Origin: Alphaproteobacteria bacterium
Lineage (GTDB): Bacteria; Pseudomonadota; Alphaproteobacteria; Micropepsales; Micropepsaceae
DNA: 64,000 bases
Assembly (NCBI GenBank): GCA_024236055.1
Contig: JACKLF010000004.1
Span: forward strand, 3,576-67,575
Reading direction: 5' to 3'
Shown here in pieces: positions 10,233 through 21,876 of this stretch; position 1 is the stretch's first letter; the number at the start of each line of letters is the position of its first letter. The notes below the pieces were generated by a model. It had not been told where the DNA came from. It ran no database searches and saw nothing but the letters and a program-made list of their open reading frames with translations. A program made the translations under genes and the position numbers.

Positions 10233-13200
10233 CTATTCCGCTGGCGACGGTGAGGGCTGGCCCGTGTGATCCTCGGGCCTGTCGCCCATGATCCCGTGAT
10301 AGGACCGGTTCCACAGCCGCTTGCCCCAGTTGCCGAAGCGATCCATGTACAGGAACACCACCGGCGTGGTCAGCAGGGTGAGCAGCTGGCTGGCGATCAG
10401 CCCGCCGATGATGGTCACGCCCAGCGGCACGCGCAGCTCCGAGCCCTGGCCGAAGCCGATGGCCAGCGGCAGCGCGCCCAGCATGGCGGCCAGCGTGGTC
10501 ATGATGATGGGCCGAAAGCGCAGCAGGCAGGCCTCGCGCACGGCTTGCGTGGCCGTCAGGCCGCGGGCGCGCTCGGCGTCGAGCGCGAAGTCGATGATCA
10601 GGATGGCGTTCTTCTTGACGATGCCGATCAGCAGGAACACGCCGTGAAGGCGATCAGGTCGAGATTCCGGCGCCGAACATCAACAGCCCCAGCACCGCGC
10701 TTGCACCTGCGACGGCAGGGGTGGACGGGATCGTCACCGGATGGATGAAGCTCTCATAGAGCATCCCCAGCACGATATAGATCGTCAGGAACGAGCCAGC
10801 ACCAGGAAGGGAGCAGGTTTGAAGGGCTGGCGAACAGTTTCAGCGTACCCGCCTCCTCGCCGTGAATGGTCAGAGAACTTTTGTTGATTTTGCGCCATGG
10901 TGTCCCTGGATGGCGGCAGCCGCCTGGCCCATCGAGACGCGCCCTGCGGCGGTTGAACGAAGGTCGTGGCCACGAACGGTCCCTGGTGATTGACCGACAG
11001 GGCGTGCCCGGCCATAGGAGAGCGAAAAGCCGACAGCGGCACCATGGTTTCGACCTTGGTGGACGGCGACACCCGTGGAAGTGCGCCGCCGCCGCTGTTG
11101 GCCAGGGCGTTGAGCTGCTGGTTCTTCACCGCATCTGGGCCAGCTGCTGGAAGGCCGCGCTGGTGGTGCTCGTCATTGACGCCCGCCACCGGCGTAGCCT
11201 TGGCGCCGCGGCCCGTGCCGCACCGTGCCGCCACCGCACCGCCCGGAGTGCTGACATAGATGTCGCGCAGGTTTGGGTTCTGCCAGACTCCAGCGCCTCC
11301 ATCACCACGTGATACTGGTTCTTGTCCTTGTAGTCGTTCGAGACCTGGCGCTGGCTGAGCGTCATACAGCGTGTTATTTGATCTGGGTCATGTTCAGGCC
11401 CGGCGGGCGGCGGTTGCGGTCGGCCTTCAACATGACCTCCGGGCGCACCGCGCGGTGGAATTGGGGTCTTCAGCTGGGGCACGCTCTGCAGCGCCTGGGT
11501 GATCTTGGGCACCCATTCGATTCAGCTCGTCAGCGTCGCCCAGCACCGTATACTGGTAGTTGCCGTTGCCCTGGCGCCCGCCGCGCGGATGCCGCCGCTG
11601 GAGAACAGGAACATGCGCGCGCCCGCGACCTTTTGCACCAGCTTGGGGCGCAGCCGCTCGACCACGTCGTCGCTGGAAAAGCCCGCAAGTCACCGCTGGG
11701 TGGTAGAAAACATTGCCGGGTGGAGGCGCCGCCGCGCCTTCACCCCCGCCGCCAGCCGAACCGCACGTCGCCACCGCCGGATCAGCGCGGATGATGTCGA
11801 CGAACTGGGTGAACTTGTCCTGCAGCGGCTGGAAGGAGATGGACTGGTCGCCGCGAATGCAGCCGAACAGCATGCCGTTGTCCTGGTCGGGGAGAGAACC
11901 CTTGGGCGTGATGCCGATCAGGTAAGTTCAACCCCACCGTGATGAACAGCATAGCCGCGCCAGTGGTCTTGGGGTTATCAGCGCCCAGGCCAGGGGTGCG
12001 GCGCAACGAAATCAGCGATGCGATCGAAAGCGTTCTTCACCCAGCGCATCGTACCGCGCCCGAGCCAGCATGTCAGATAGGCGCACATCATCGGCGTGAG
12101 CGGTCAGCGACACCGCACCAGCGACACGCCGATGGCCGCGTCAGGGTGACAGCAGCTTCAGTGGAACACCCGCCGACAATACCGCTCAGCAGGATGGAAA
12201 AACACCGCCACCAGCGAGATCACGACGCCGAAGCACGGTGAAGAGCTGGCTTCCAGAGGCGCCCCTTCATAGCGGCAGTCATCAGTCCTCGCCATTTCAG
12301 ATGCCGGGTGTTTCCAGCACCACGGTCATGTTGTCGACGGCAAACCGGTCAGGACGATCAGCGCCATCAGCGAGGCCCAGCCAGGCTGAAGCCCATCAGG
12401 TACATCACCCCGGTACCCAGCAGCATTAGCCCGGCAGCACGGTGGTCGGCACCAGCGTGGCGGTGAAATTGCGCAGGGAACAGGAACACCACTGGGATCC
12501 CGCCAGGACGGTGGAGATGATCAGGGGTGATTCCACGTCATGCACGGCGTTGCGGATTCGACTTTCTGTGTAAGCAGCTGCTGACCTGGATGGCGGGCGG
12601 CGGCAGCCTGAAGCGCCGGCATCTCGGCGGATGCGATCCACCGTCTCGATGACATTGGCGCCCGGCTGCTTGGTATTCAGCACCAGCACGGCCAGGGCAG
12701 CCGTTGGCGATGCCAAATGGCGGATATTCTCCTGGTATCGCGGTTCGGCCACGTCCTGCAGGCGCACGGCCGCGCCGTTGCGATAGGCGATGATCAGGGA
12801 CTTGTATTCATTGGCCGGTGCTGGCGCGGTCGTTGGCATAGACCTGATGATAGGTCTGTTCGCCCTGCTGGATGTCGCCCTTGGGAAGCGGCGGAAAATG
12901 GCGGCGCGCATCCTCAGCCCGATGCCGTATTTGAACAGGGCGCGGGTTCCAGGTCATTGCGGATCGCCGGCGGCAGGCGCCCGACAGCGACACGTCGCCC
13001 GCCCGAAAATCTGCGGCAGCTTCTGCTGGATGTTGGGCTGGTCGTAGATCTGGCGCGTCAGGGTCCTGGGGAGTCATCGCCAGCACCGGATCGGCTGGTC
13101 GGCAGGATTGATCTTGCGATAGGTGGGATTGGAACGCAGCGCCGCGGGCAGGTCAGCGCGGCAGCATTGATCGCGGCCTGCACGTCGCGCGCAGCCCCGT

Positions 13201-13509
13201 CTATGTCGCGGTGACCGCCGAACTGCAGCACCACATTGGTCGAACCGACATTGCTGGGCTGGTCATCTCCATCACGCCAGCGATGGTGCCCCGGGTGCCG
13301 CTCCAGCGGTATGGCCACGCTGCTGGACGCGGATTTTGGGACTGGCCCCAGCCACCGTACTGGCGCTGACCACAATGGTGGGATGTCGATATTGAGCAGC
13401 GGCGCGACCCCGGCAGCAGGGAAGTAGGCCGTTCCGCCCACCAGGCCCAGCCCCAGCGCCAGCAGCGTGGTCGCGATCTTGCGGCGGATGAAGAGGGCCG
13501 AAGGTTCAT
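10233..13509 (-). pseudogene. mdtC: MdtC-like RND permease, multiply frameshifted (probable sequence-error artefact)
   Basis: Fragments in shifting frames: [47 protein letters not shown]; intact C-terminus [28 protein letters not shown]; ATG at 13509. Confidence 0.8.
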
Positions 13510-16500
13510 TCCGCCGGCTCCGGCAAAGGATGCCCGCGGCGGCACCGCGCGCCAGTCGCGCAGGTCGTTCCCCAATGATCAGAAATAGATATAGATCACC
13601 GGCGGCGTTGAACGGGGTCAAGCGCTGGCTGACGATCAGCCCCTTACGATCGATACAGCGGATGGCGCAAACCGGGCCATGCCGCCGCGCCAGCATCAGC
13701 GGCACGGCGGCGGCCAGCGCGGCCAGCGTGGTCATCAGGATGGGGCGGAAGCGCAGCAGCGCGGCCTGGTGGATGGCCTCCTGTGGCGGCTTTCCTTCGC
13801 CCCTTTCGGCCTCGATGGCGAAGTCGATCATCATGATCGCGTTCTTCTTCACGATGCCGATCAGCAGCACCAGGCCGATGATGCCCACCACGTCCAGCGC
13901 GTGGCCGGTGAGCATCAGCGCCAGCAGCGCGCCGATGCCGGCCGAAGGCAGCGTGGACAGGATGGTGAGCGGGTGCACGTAGCTCTCGTACAGCACGCCC
14001 AGCACGATGTACACGGTGATGATGGCGGCCAGGGATCAGCAGCACCTCGTTGGCCAGCGCCAGCTGGAAGGCGAGCGCGAACCCTCGAAACTGGGTGGTG
14101 ATGCCCGGCGACGGACGGCCGCTTCCTCCGCATCGTGGTCCGGTTGTGCCGTGCCCAGCATAGCGGGCGTGACGTCGAAGGAGAAATTCGCCGCCAGGGC
14201 GGGCAGGTGGTCGATCTGCAGCCAGGGTCTGGCGTTCTCGATCGGGCGATGGCCGACAGCGGCTTACAGCCGCCGCCCGAGACGGCGGGCCGGGTAATCC
14301 TTCAGCGATTCGATGGAGTTCTGCAGCCGCGGATCGGCTTCCAGGATCACGCGGCGCTGGTTGGATTCGGTGAATGGTCGAGATGAGCCGCTGGCCAAAC
14401 TGTCGCCACAGCGCATTATCGATTATCGCGGCGGTAACGCCGAAGCGGGCGGCGGTGTCGCGGTCGACATTCAGATAGGCCGACAGCCCCTTGTCCAGGA
14501 AGGATGTCGGACATTGCGCTCAGCTGCTTGTTCAGTTCGGCCAGCAGCTTGGGCACATAATCGTCCAGCGCCGTTGGTCGCCGCCTGCAGCACGAACTGG
14601 TACTGGGCGCGCGACACGGTGAATTGATGGTCAGGTCCTGCACCGGCTGGAGATGAAAGGTGATGCGGCACCGCGCGGCGTCGGCGGCCAGCCATCCATC
14701 ACGTCCTGTACGCCGTCGCGTTCGTCGCAGGCTTCAGGTTGATCCAGAAGCCGGCCGCGTTCATCGTGGTTGGTGTGATACACGCCATTGAAGGACGACA
14801 GGCTGGCGACATCCGGGTCTTTCAGCGCGGTCGGCGTGCTGCTGGCGCCTGGCCATGGCGTCGAAGGAACGGTCGGTCGCCTCGGTGACCGCCTGGATGA
14901 AACCGGTGTCCTGCGGGAAGAAATATGGGAATGGCGATATAAAGAAGAACGGTCAGCACCAGCGTGCCCCGCGCTACCAGCAGTGTCATGCTTTGATGGT
15001 CCAGCACCGAACCAGCAGCCGGTCATTCGGCGATGCGGTCGTAATGGGCCCCACTCAGTGCGGCGGCGGAAGCTGCCCTGGCGCTTTTCCTCTTTACTCG
15101 TGGCTGCGCAACGCGCAGCGCAACATGGGCACCAGCGTGAGCGAGACCAGCGCCGAGATCAGGATGGTGATGGCCAGCGTGACGGCGAACTCGCGGAACA
15201 GCCGCCCGATCACCTCCTGCATGAACAGCAGCGGGATCAGCACCGCGATCAGCGACACCGTGAGCGAGATGATGGTGAAGCCGATCTCGCCCGCCCCGTC
15301 CATCGCCGCCTGGAACGGCGGCTTGCCCATCTCCCGATGGCGGGAAATGTTTTCAATCATCACGATGGCGTCGTCCACCACGAAGCCGGTGGCGATGGTC
15401 AGCGCCATCGGCGACGGGTTGTGATTGAGCAGATAATACCGTAGGTACATCGCCGCGAAGGTGCCCACGATCGACAGCAGCACCGACGGCGAAGAATGAA
15501 GAGGTCGCCGGCACGCTGCGCGGAAGACGCCAAAGTCACCAGCACCACCAGCACCACGGCCAGCATCAGACCGAACTGCGTCGGCAACCGACGAGCGGAT
15601 GAATCTCTGTGCGGTCGGTCAGGTTTTCCGTCATTCGATGCGGGAAGTCCCGCCTGGATCTGCAGCAGCAGCGCATGATTCCTGGTCCACCACCTCGATG
15701 ACGTTGGCGCCGGGCTGGCGCTGGACGTTGATCAGAACCGCGGCGTCGCAGTTCCTTGGCACCACCAACGGTGTTTTGTGCGCCTTCCAGCACGGTGGCG
15801 ACATCCGACAGGAACGGCGCGCCGTTCGCCTTAGGCGATGACGATGTTGTAGGCCTCGGCGCTCTGCAGCTGGTCGTTGGCGTTGATTGTTGATGGTGTA
15901 GGACTGGGAAGCGCCGTCAAAAGCTGCCTTGGGGGCGTTGGAATTATTGTTGGCGATGGTGGTGCGCAGGTCGTCGATGTTCAGGCCCAGCGCCGCAAAC
16001 TTCTGGATGTGGCCTGCACGCGCACGGCCGGGCGCTGGCCGCCCGGTAGCGACGCAGGCCCGCCCGAGCTGGGAAGTCTTCTGGGCGATGCGGGTGTCGG
16101 CCGATTCGTTGACCTGGGTGATCGGCAGAATTGGTCCGACTGATCGCCAGGGTGATCCTGCCAGCGCGCATCAACGGATTGACCTTGGCATAGATCCGGT
16201 GGGGCGGGAAGGCTGCGGCAACAGGTTGGAGCCGGCACGTTGATCTTGACCTGCACTTCCTGTTCGGCGATGTCCAGGTTGAGCGACGGTCGAACTGCAG
16301 GGAATTGATGACCGAGGCCGGCCGAGGAGATGGACGACATCTCCTTCAGGCCCGACATCTGGCCGAACTGCCGCTCCAGCGGCGCGGTGACCGATGTGGT
16401 CATCACATCGGGGCTGGCGCCCGGCAGGAAGGTCTGCACCTGGATGGTGGGATAATCCACCTCGGGCAGGGCCGAAAGCGGCAGGAACTTGTAGCCGGTA

Positions 16501-16634
16501 ATGCCCACCAGCAGGATGGCGATCATCAGCAGCGTGGTGGCGACCGGACGCTGGATGAATGGCGCGGATGGATTTGCGGATGGCGGCGGGAGCGGCCCGT
16601 CCTGCGGCGCCGGTGCCGAAGCGGTCGTGCTCAC
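13506..16634 (-). pseudogene. mdtB: MdtB-like RND permease, multiply frameshifted (probable sequence-error artefact)
   Basis: Intact N-terminus [36 protein letters not shown]; fragments [20 protein letters not shown] and [24 protein letters not shown]; ends PAE* overlapping the mdtC ATG. Confidence 0.82.
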
Positions 16635-18109
16635 GGACGCGGACCGCCCTGAGCACCCCCGGCGCGCGCGCCGCGCCGCATCTGCGCCAGCGCCTTGGAG
16701 CAGGGCTCGCTCAACTGCTGGCGGTTGCGGAACAGGCAGGTGCGCATCTCACGGCTGCCGGCGGCGGCATCCGGGCACAGCTTCTTCAGGTCGTCGCTGC
16801 ACGACTTGTTCATCGCCTCGGCCAGCTCGGCGCGGCGCGCCGCACGGGCCGCGTCGTCGGCATTTTCCGACGGCGCGGCGATCTTGACCGACTGGTCGGG
16901 AACATCGACATCGGCGCCGTCGCGCAGGCGGTCGGCGCCGTCGACCACCACCGTGTCGCCGGCCTTCAGGCCGTCCACGATCTGGATGCGGTCGCCGTCC
17001 TGCACGCCGGTCTTGACGGTGCGCTGAAGCACCGTCTTTTCCGGCGTCACCACGAAGACATAGCTGCCGTCCGACCCGCGCTGGATCGCCGCCACCGGCA
17101 CCACCGTCTGGTGATGCAGCGTGTTGACCAGAAGCCGGACATTGACGAACTGCGCCGGGAACAGGCGGTGGTCTTCATTGTCGAACATGGCGCGCATCTT
17201 GACCGAGCCGGTCGACGGATCGACCACATTGTCCACGGTCGACAGGGTGCCCGTGGCAATCTTGCTGGTCTGGGTGCGGTCGTAAGCGTCGACCTGCAGC
17301 TTGGCGCCTTCGCCCAGGCGCGCCATCACCGGCCGCACATTGTCTTCGGGAACCGTGAACAGCACCGACATGGGCTGAAGCTGGGTCACCACCACGATGC
17401 CGTTGGCCTGGCCGGCTGAAACGATATTGCCGATATCGACCAGGTGAATGCCCACCCGCCCGCTGATCGGCGAGACCACGCTGGTATATCCCAGGTTGAT
17501 GCGCGCGGTTTCCACCGCGGCCTGATCGGCCACCACAACGCCCTGATAGGACTGCACCGTCGCGGCCTGGGTCGCCACCTGCTGCTGGGCGATGGCGTTC
17601 TGGGCCTGCAGCGCCTGATAGCGCTGCAGGTCGACCTTGGCATTGGCCAGGGTGGCGCTGTCGCGCGCCAGCTGGCCGCGCGCCTGGTCCAGCGCCGCCT
17701 GGTAGGGCCTGGGATCGATCTGGGCCAGCACATCGCCCGCCTTGACCATCTGGCCTTCGGTGAAGTTCAGCTTGATCAGCAGGCCGCCGACCTGGGGCCG
17801 CACCGTGGCGGTCGCCATCGGGGTCACCGTGCCCAGCGCGTTCAGCGTTACGTCAATGTCACTGTCCTGGGCCACGGCCACGCCCACCGGCTGGGGGCCC
17901 TGGTTGAAGCGCAGATTCTTCTGGGGGCGCGGATAGATCGCCCAGATCAGCAGCGCCAGCAGCGCCAGGCCGACGACGAACCACACCACGCGCGACAGGC
18001 GCGGGTTGCGCCCGCTCCAGCGCTTGATCCCCCGCCATGCACGGCCGACCGGCCCCGGCGGGGGCGCATCGGGATCACGGAATTCATGGGCGCTGCGGTC
18101 GATATTCAT
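16631..18109 (-). CDS. mdtA: MdtA-like membrane fusion protein with C-terminal Cys-rich extension
   Basis: [60 protein letters not shown]; lies directly upstream of the mdtB-like gene. Confidence 0.9.
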   Translation of the reverse strand: MNIDRSAHEFRDPDAPPPGPVGRAWRGIKRWSGRNPRLSRVVWFVVGLALLALLIWAIYPRPQKNLRFNQGPQPVGVAVAQDSDIDVTLNALGTVTPMATATVRPQVGGLLIKLNFTEGQMVKAGDVLAQIDPRPYQAALDQARGQLARDSATLANAKVDLQRYQALQAQNAIAQQQVATQAATVQSYQGVVVADQAAVETARINLGYTSVVSPISGRVGIHLVDIGNIVSAGQANGIVVVTQLQPMSVLFTVPEDNVRPVMARLGEGAKLQVDAYDRTQTSKIATGTLSTVDNVVDPSTGSVKMRAMFDNEDHRLFPAQFVNVRLLVNTLHHQTVVPVAAIQRGSDGSYVFVVTPEKTVLQRTVKTGVQDGDRIQIVDGLKAGDTVVVDGADRLRDGADVDVPDQSVKIAAPSENADDAARAARRAELAEAMNKSCSDDLKKLCPDAAAGSREMRTCLFRNRQQLSEPCSKALAQMRRGARAGGAQGGPRP

Positions 18110-18468
18110 CGGGGATCCGTATGGCTGGGGCGCAATGTCACAAAAGGGCCGAAAAATCCGGGAAGCCTGCGGCTCTGCCTAACGCTGCGAAGCTGAACAC
18201 AGGATGAAACTATACCTTATCCGACAGGCAGCCTGATATACGTCAGTTGAGGCGGATATTTGTCGAAACTGTCCCGGCCGGTCATCACCCGCGCCGTCGC
18301 GCCGGATCTCCCGGCTGCCGGGGCTTTTGGCCGCTGGCGCGAGCGCGGCAATAAGGCTATGTCGCGGGGCCCGCGCCCCTTTGCGGACAAAGCGCGGACC
18401 ACCCCCCTCGGCCAGCGCACCCCGGTTGGCGGAACCGGGCCATTAATAACAGGAAACAGGCGCAGCGC

Positions 18469-19011
18469 GTGATCCCCCATTTCTTTCACTGGCTCTTTCA
18501 CGATGCACAGACCTGGGTCACCAACACCGCCCAGGCCCATCCCTGGTGGTCCTTTCCCATCGCCTTCACCGTCGCCTTCAGCGAATCCTTTGTCGGCATC
18601 TCCTTCATCGTGCCCGGCACGATCCTGCTGGTGACGCTGGGCGGGGTCATCGGCGCCAGCGATATCGGCATTTTCCCGGCCTGGTCGGGCGCGGTGCTGG
18701 GCTCGATCCTGGGCGACTGGATCAGCTGGTGGATCGGCTATCACTATCACCGCCAGATCCTGCATATCTGGCCCTTCAGCCGCTATCCGGCCCAGATCGA
18801 CAAGGCGCTGCATTTCTTTCACCGCTGGGGCACCGCGGCCATCTTCATCGGCCGCTTCATGGGCCCCTTCCGCGCCACCGTGCCGCTGGTTGCGGGGATG
18901 AGCGAGCTGGAGTTCTGGCCCTTCCAGATCGCCAATGCCGCCAGCGCCTTCCTGTGGGCCTATGTGCTGCTGGCCTTTCCGGCGGTGGCGCTGCGCTTCC
19001 TGATCGCCTGA
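18469..19011 (+). CDS. DedA/SNARE-associated family membrane protein
   Basis: FSESFVGISFIVPG, GSILGD, FIGRFMGPFRATVPLVAGMS. Confidence 0.9.
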   Translation: MIPHFFHWLFHDAQTWVTNTAQAHPWWSFPIAFTVAFSESFVGISFIVPGTILLVTLGGVIGASDIGIFPAWSGAVLGSILGDWISWWIGYHYHRQILHIWPFSRYPAQIDKALHFFHRWGTAAIFIGRFMGPFRATVPLVAGMSELEFWPFQIANAASAFLWAYVLLAFPAVALRFLIA

Positions 19012-19088
19012 CGCACGAGACCTTTGAGCGACTTTGGCAGAATTATATTTCGGTAAGCGGTGCGGCGGTGGTCATGCCCGCACGCCGG

Positions 19089-19103
19089 TTAAAGCGGCGG
19101 TAA
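19089..19103. promoter_or_regulatory. CtrA-box-like site
   Basis: TTAA-AGCGGCG-GTAA, one mismatch to TTAA-N7-TTAA, 26 bp upstream of the deacetylase start. Confidence 0.4.
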
Positions 19104-19128
19104 GCCAAGTCGCGGCAAGCTGAGCGCC

Positions 19129-20172
19129 ATGGCCAGCAAGTTCGGACAATTGGCGCGCAGCATGGGCCGGCTGATACCGCCGGCGCTGCTGCGCCATGCC
19201 GGACAGCCTGCCGCCCTGTTCTTTCATGGGGTCGAGCGGGACACCCTGGATGGACGGGTCCAGACCAATCACCACGAACTGGCGGTTTTCGAGGCCATCG
19301 TGGCGGTGCTGCGCCAGCAGTTCGACGTGCGTCCGCTGACCGATATCGACGCCGTTCTGGCCGCCCCCCAGGACCACCCGCGCGCCGTCTTCCTGATGAG
19401 CGATGACGGCTATGCCAACACCCTGTCGACGGCGGCCCCGGTGCTGGACGGGCTTCCCTGGACACTGTTCGTTTCGACCGCCCATATCGGGACCGGCCGC
19501 CCCAACCCCATTTTCCTGGCCCGGCTGTTCTATTTCTACGCTCCGAACGGTGTTTACAAATTGCCGCATCTGCCCGGAACCGTGGTGCTGGCCGACGCGG
19601 AAAGCCGCCAGGCGGCCGCGCAGGCGGGGATCGACCCCTTGCGCCTGCTGCCCGGCGAAAAGGCCGAGGAAGCCCTGGCCGCCATGACCGCCAGCTTCCC
19701 CCCCGACCAGTTGGCCGCGCTTGTCGCCCGTTTTACCTCGGAGCATTTCCTGGACTGGGACGGGGTGCGCGCCCTGAAAACCCGGGGGGTGGAGATCGGC
19801 GCCCATGGCGACAGCCACTGGCCGATGCATGCCCTGCAACGCCCGGACTGGCTGACCCGCCAGGCGGCGGGCGCCCGCGCCCGTATCGAGGCCGAGGTCG
19901 GGCCCTGCCGGTTCTTCGCCTATCCCTTTGGCAATATTCCCGATATCGGCCCCGGCGCCTGGCGCGCGGTGCGTGAAGCCGGCTTCACCCATGCCTTCAC
20001 CACGCTCTCCGGCTCGCTGGCACCCTCCCTGACGGAAGGACCGGCTGCCAATCCCTGGCTGCTGCCCCGTTATGGGATAGGTCCCGCCGACACGCATCTT
20101 GCATCGCTGGTGCCGCTGCTGTCCGCCGGCAATCGCCGGGTGCGCCAGTTCCGGACGCGCCTGGCCGGCTAG
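19129..20172 (+). CDS. Polysaccharide deacetylase (CE4/NodB family)
   Basis: LFFHGV, MSDDGY, EIGAHGDSH, FAYPFG, LPRY. Confidence 0.88.
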   Translation: MASKFGQLARSMGRLIPPALLRHAGQPAALFFHGVERDTLDGRVQTNHHELAVFEAIVAVLRQQFDVRPLTDIDAVLAAPQDHPRAVFLMSDDGYANTLSTAAPVLDGLPWTLFVSTAHIGTGRPNPIFLARLFYFYAPNGVYKLPHLPGTVVLADAESRQAAAQAGIDPLRLLPGEKAEEALAAMTASFPPDQLAALVARFTSEHFLDWDGVRALKTRGVEIGAHGDSHWPMHALQRPDWLTRQAAGARARIEAEVGPCRFFAYPFGNIPDIGPGAWRAVREAGFTHAFTTLSGSLAPSLTEGPAANPWLLPRYGIGPADTHLASLVPLLSAGNRRVRQFRTRLAG

Positions 20173-20355
20173 CCGGTTCCGGATCGGAACAGTTGAGGGT
20201 TAATGCCCCGCCCCGCTGATCCGCAGGAGGTAAAACGGGACGGTTTCGTACCATCCTGAGGCGCTTTTTCCAGCTTTTTACTGGCCCATTCCCTGCATCG
20301 CGACCCGTGAGTTCGCGGAGTGGCGTTTGTGCAGAACCAGGGTTGCGAGACAGCG

Positions 20356-21021
20356 ATGCAGGCGGTCTATCCCGCCTTTGACGGCTTTGCCGCCGCCCTG
20401 CCCGAGCGGCGCGCCGCCGGCGCGGCCCGTCCCTACCAGGACACCAAGCGCATGCTGGACATCGCGCTGTCGGTGCTGGCGCTGATCGTACTGAGCCCCG
20501 TGCTGGCGCTGGCCACCCTGGCGGTGGCGCTGGATTCGCCCGGCCCCGTCCTGTTCTGCCAGCGCCGTACCGGCCTGAACGGCAGGCCCTTCGGCATTTT
20601 CAAGTTTCGCACGATGAGCGTGCTGGAAGACGGCGACGAGGTCACCCAGGCCATCGAAGGCGATGCCCGCGTCACCCGCACCGGCCGCTTCCTGCGCGCC
20701 GCCTCGATCGACGAACTGCCCCAGCTCTTCAATGTGCTGGCGGGCGACATGTCGCTGGTGGGGCCGCGCCCCCATGCCATCGCCCATGACGAATATTACG
20801 GCGCGCGCATCGCCGGCTATGACCGGCGCTTTGCGGTGAAACCCGGCATCACCGGCTGGGCCCAGGTGTGCGGCGCGCGCGGCGCCACCCCGACGCTGGA
20901 ACACATGCGCGCGCGCATCGAACTGGACGGCTGGTATGTCGACCATGCCGGCCTGGCGCTGGACCTGGCGATCCTGGCCCGCACGCCGCTGGAAGTTCTG
21001 CGCCACAGGAATGCAGTCTGA
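20356..21021 (+). CDS. Initiating phosphoglycosyl transferase (short bacterial sugar transferase; ExoY/HfsE/WcaJ C-terminal type)
   Basis: KRMLDI, KFRTM, SIDELPQLFNVLAGDMSLVGPRP, KPGITGWAQV. Confidence 0.93.
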   Translation: MQAVYPAFDGFAAALPERRAAGAARPYQDTKRMLDIALSVLALIVLSPVLALATLAVALDSPGPVLFCQRRTGLNGRPFGIFKFRTMSVLEDGDEVTQAIEGDARVTRTGRFLRAASIDELPQLFNVLAGDMSLVGPRPHAIAHDEYYGARIAGYDRRFAVKPGITGWAQVCGARGATPTLEHMRARIELDGWYVDHAGLALDLAILARTPLEVLRHRNAV

Positions 21022-21866
21022 TGGGCGCCGCGGCCATCCTGCCCCGCGCCTATGCGGTTGCCACCGAAACCGGCTTCACGGCGGCCAATGACGGCTATGG
21101 CGAAATCACCCTGGGCGGGCTTCGCACCGCCTGTCTCAGCCGCGACGGTATGGCGCGCATGATGGTGCAGGACTGCCTGATGGCGCGGTCCAATCCCTTG
21201 CGCCAGCCCAAGCTGGTCTTCGCCACCAACGGCCACGCCATCGCGCTGGCCGCCCAGGACGAGGCCTTCCGCTTCACCTTCGAGCAGGCCGACATCATCC
21301 ATGCCGACGGCCAGGCCGCGGTCTTTGCCTCGCGCCTGCTGACCGACACGCCGATCCCCGAACGCAGCGCCACCACCGATTTCATCCATGACGCGGCGAA
21401 GATCGCGGCGCAGACGGGCCTGCGCTTCTTCCTGCTGGGCGCGACCGAGGAAGCCAATGCCGAGGCCGCCCGCATCCTGGCCGAGACCTATCCGGGCCTT
21501 CAGATCGTGGGCCGCCATCACGGCTATTTCTCCGAACTGGACGAGGACGAGCTGTGCGACGACATCAACCTGATCCAGCCGGATGTGATCTGGGTGGGCC
21601 TGTCGGTGCCGCGCGAATATGAGTTTTCGGTCCGCAACCGCTCGCGCCTGCGCGCCGGCTGGCTGGTGACCTGCGGCGGCTGCTTCAATTTCGTGACCGG
21701 CGCCTATAGCCGTGCGCCCGCCTGGATGCAGGCGGCCGGCCTGGAATGGCTCTACCGGCTGGCGCGCGAGCCGCGCCGCCTGTTCTGGCGCTATGCCGTC
21801 ACCAACCCGATCGCCTTTTTTTACCTCCTGACGCGTACAACGTCAGCGTGTTGCGTAACCGATTAG
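21021..21866 (+). CDS. WecB/TagA/CpsF family glycosyltransferase (GT26)
   Basis: HADG, FFLLGA, HHGYF, DVIWVGLSVP, RAPAWMQAAGLEWLYRLAREPRRL; start overlaps the previous stop (TGATG). Confidence 0.92.
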   Translation: MGAAAILPRAYAVATETGFTAANDGYGEITLGGLRTACLSRDGMARMMVQDCLMARSNPLRQPKLVFATNGHAIALAAQDEAFRFTFEQADIIHADGQAAVFASRLLTDTPIPERSATTDFIHDAAKIAAQTGLRFFLLGATEEANAEAARILAETYPGLQIVGRHHGYFSELDEDELCDDINLIQPDVIWVGLSVPREYEFSVRNRSRLRAGWLVTCGGCFNFVTGAYSRAPAWMQAAGLEWLYRLAREPRRLFWRYAVTNPIAFFYLLTRTTSACCVTD

Positions 21867-21876
21867 AGGGCCCGCC

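Noticed and set aside
10785-16243. Many short ORFs as separate novel genes or as programmed recoding
   Set aside because: The recognisable ones are MdtB/MdtC fragments, and the breaks are too many and too irregular for recoding.
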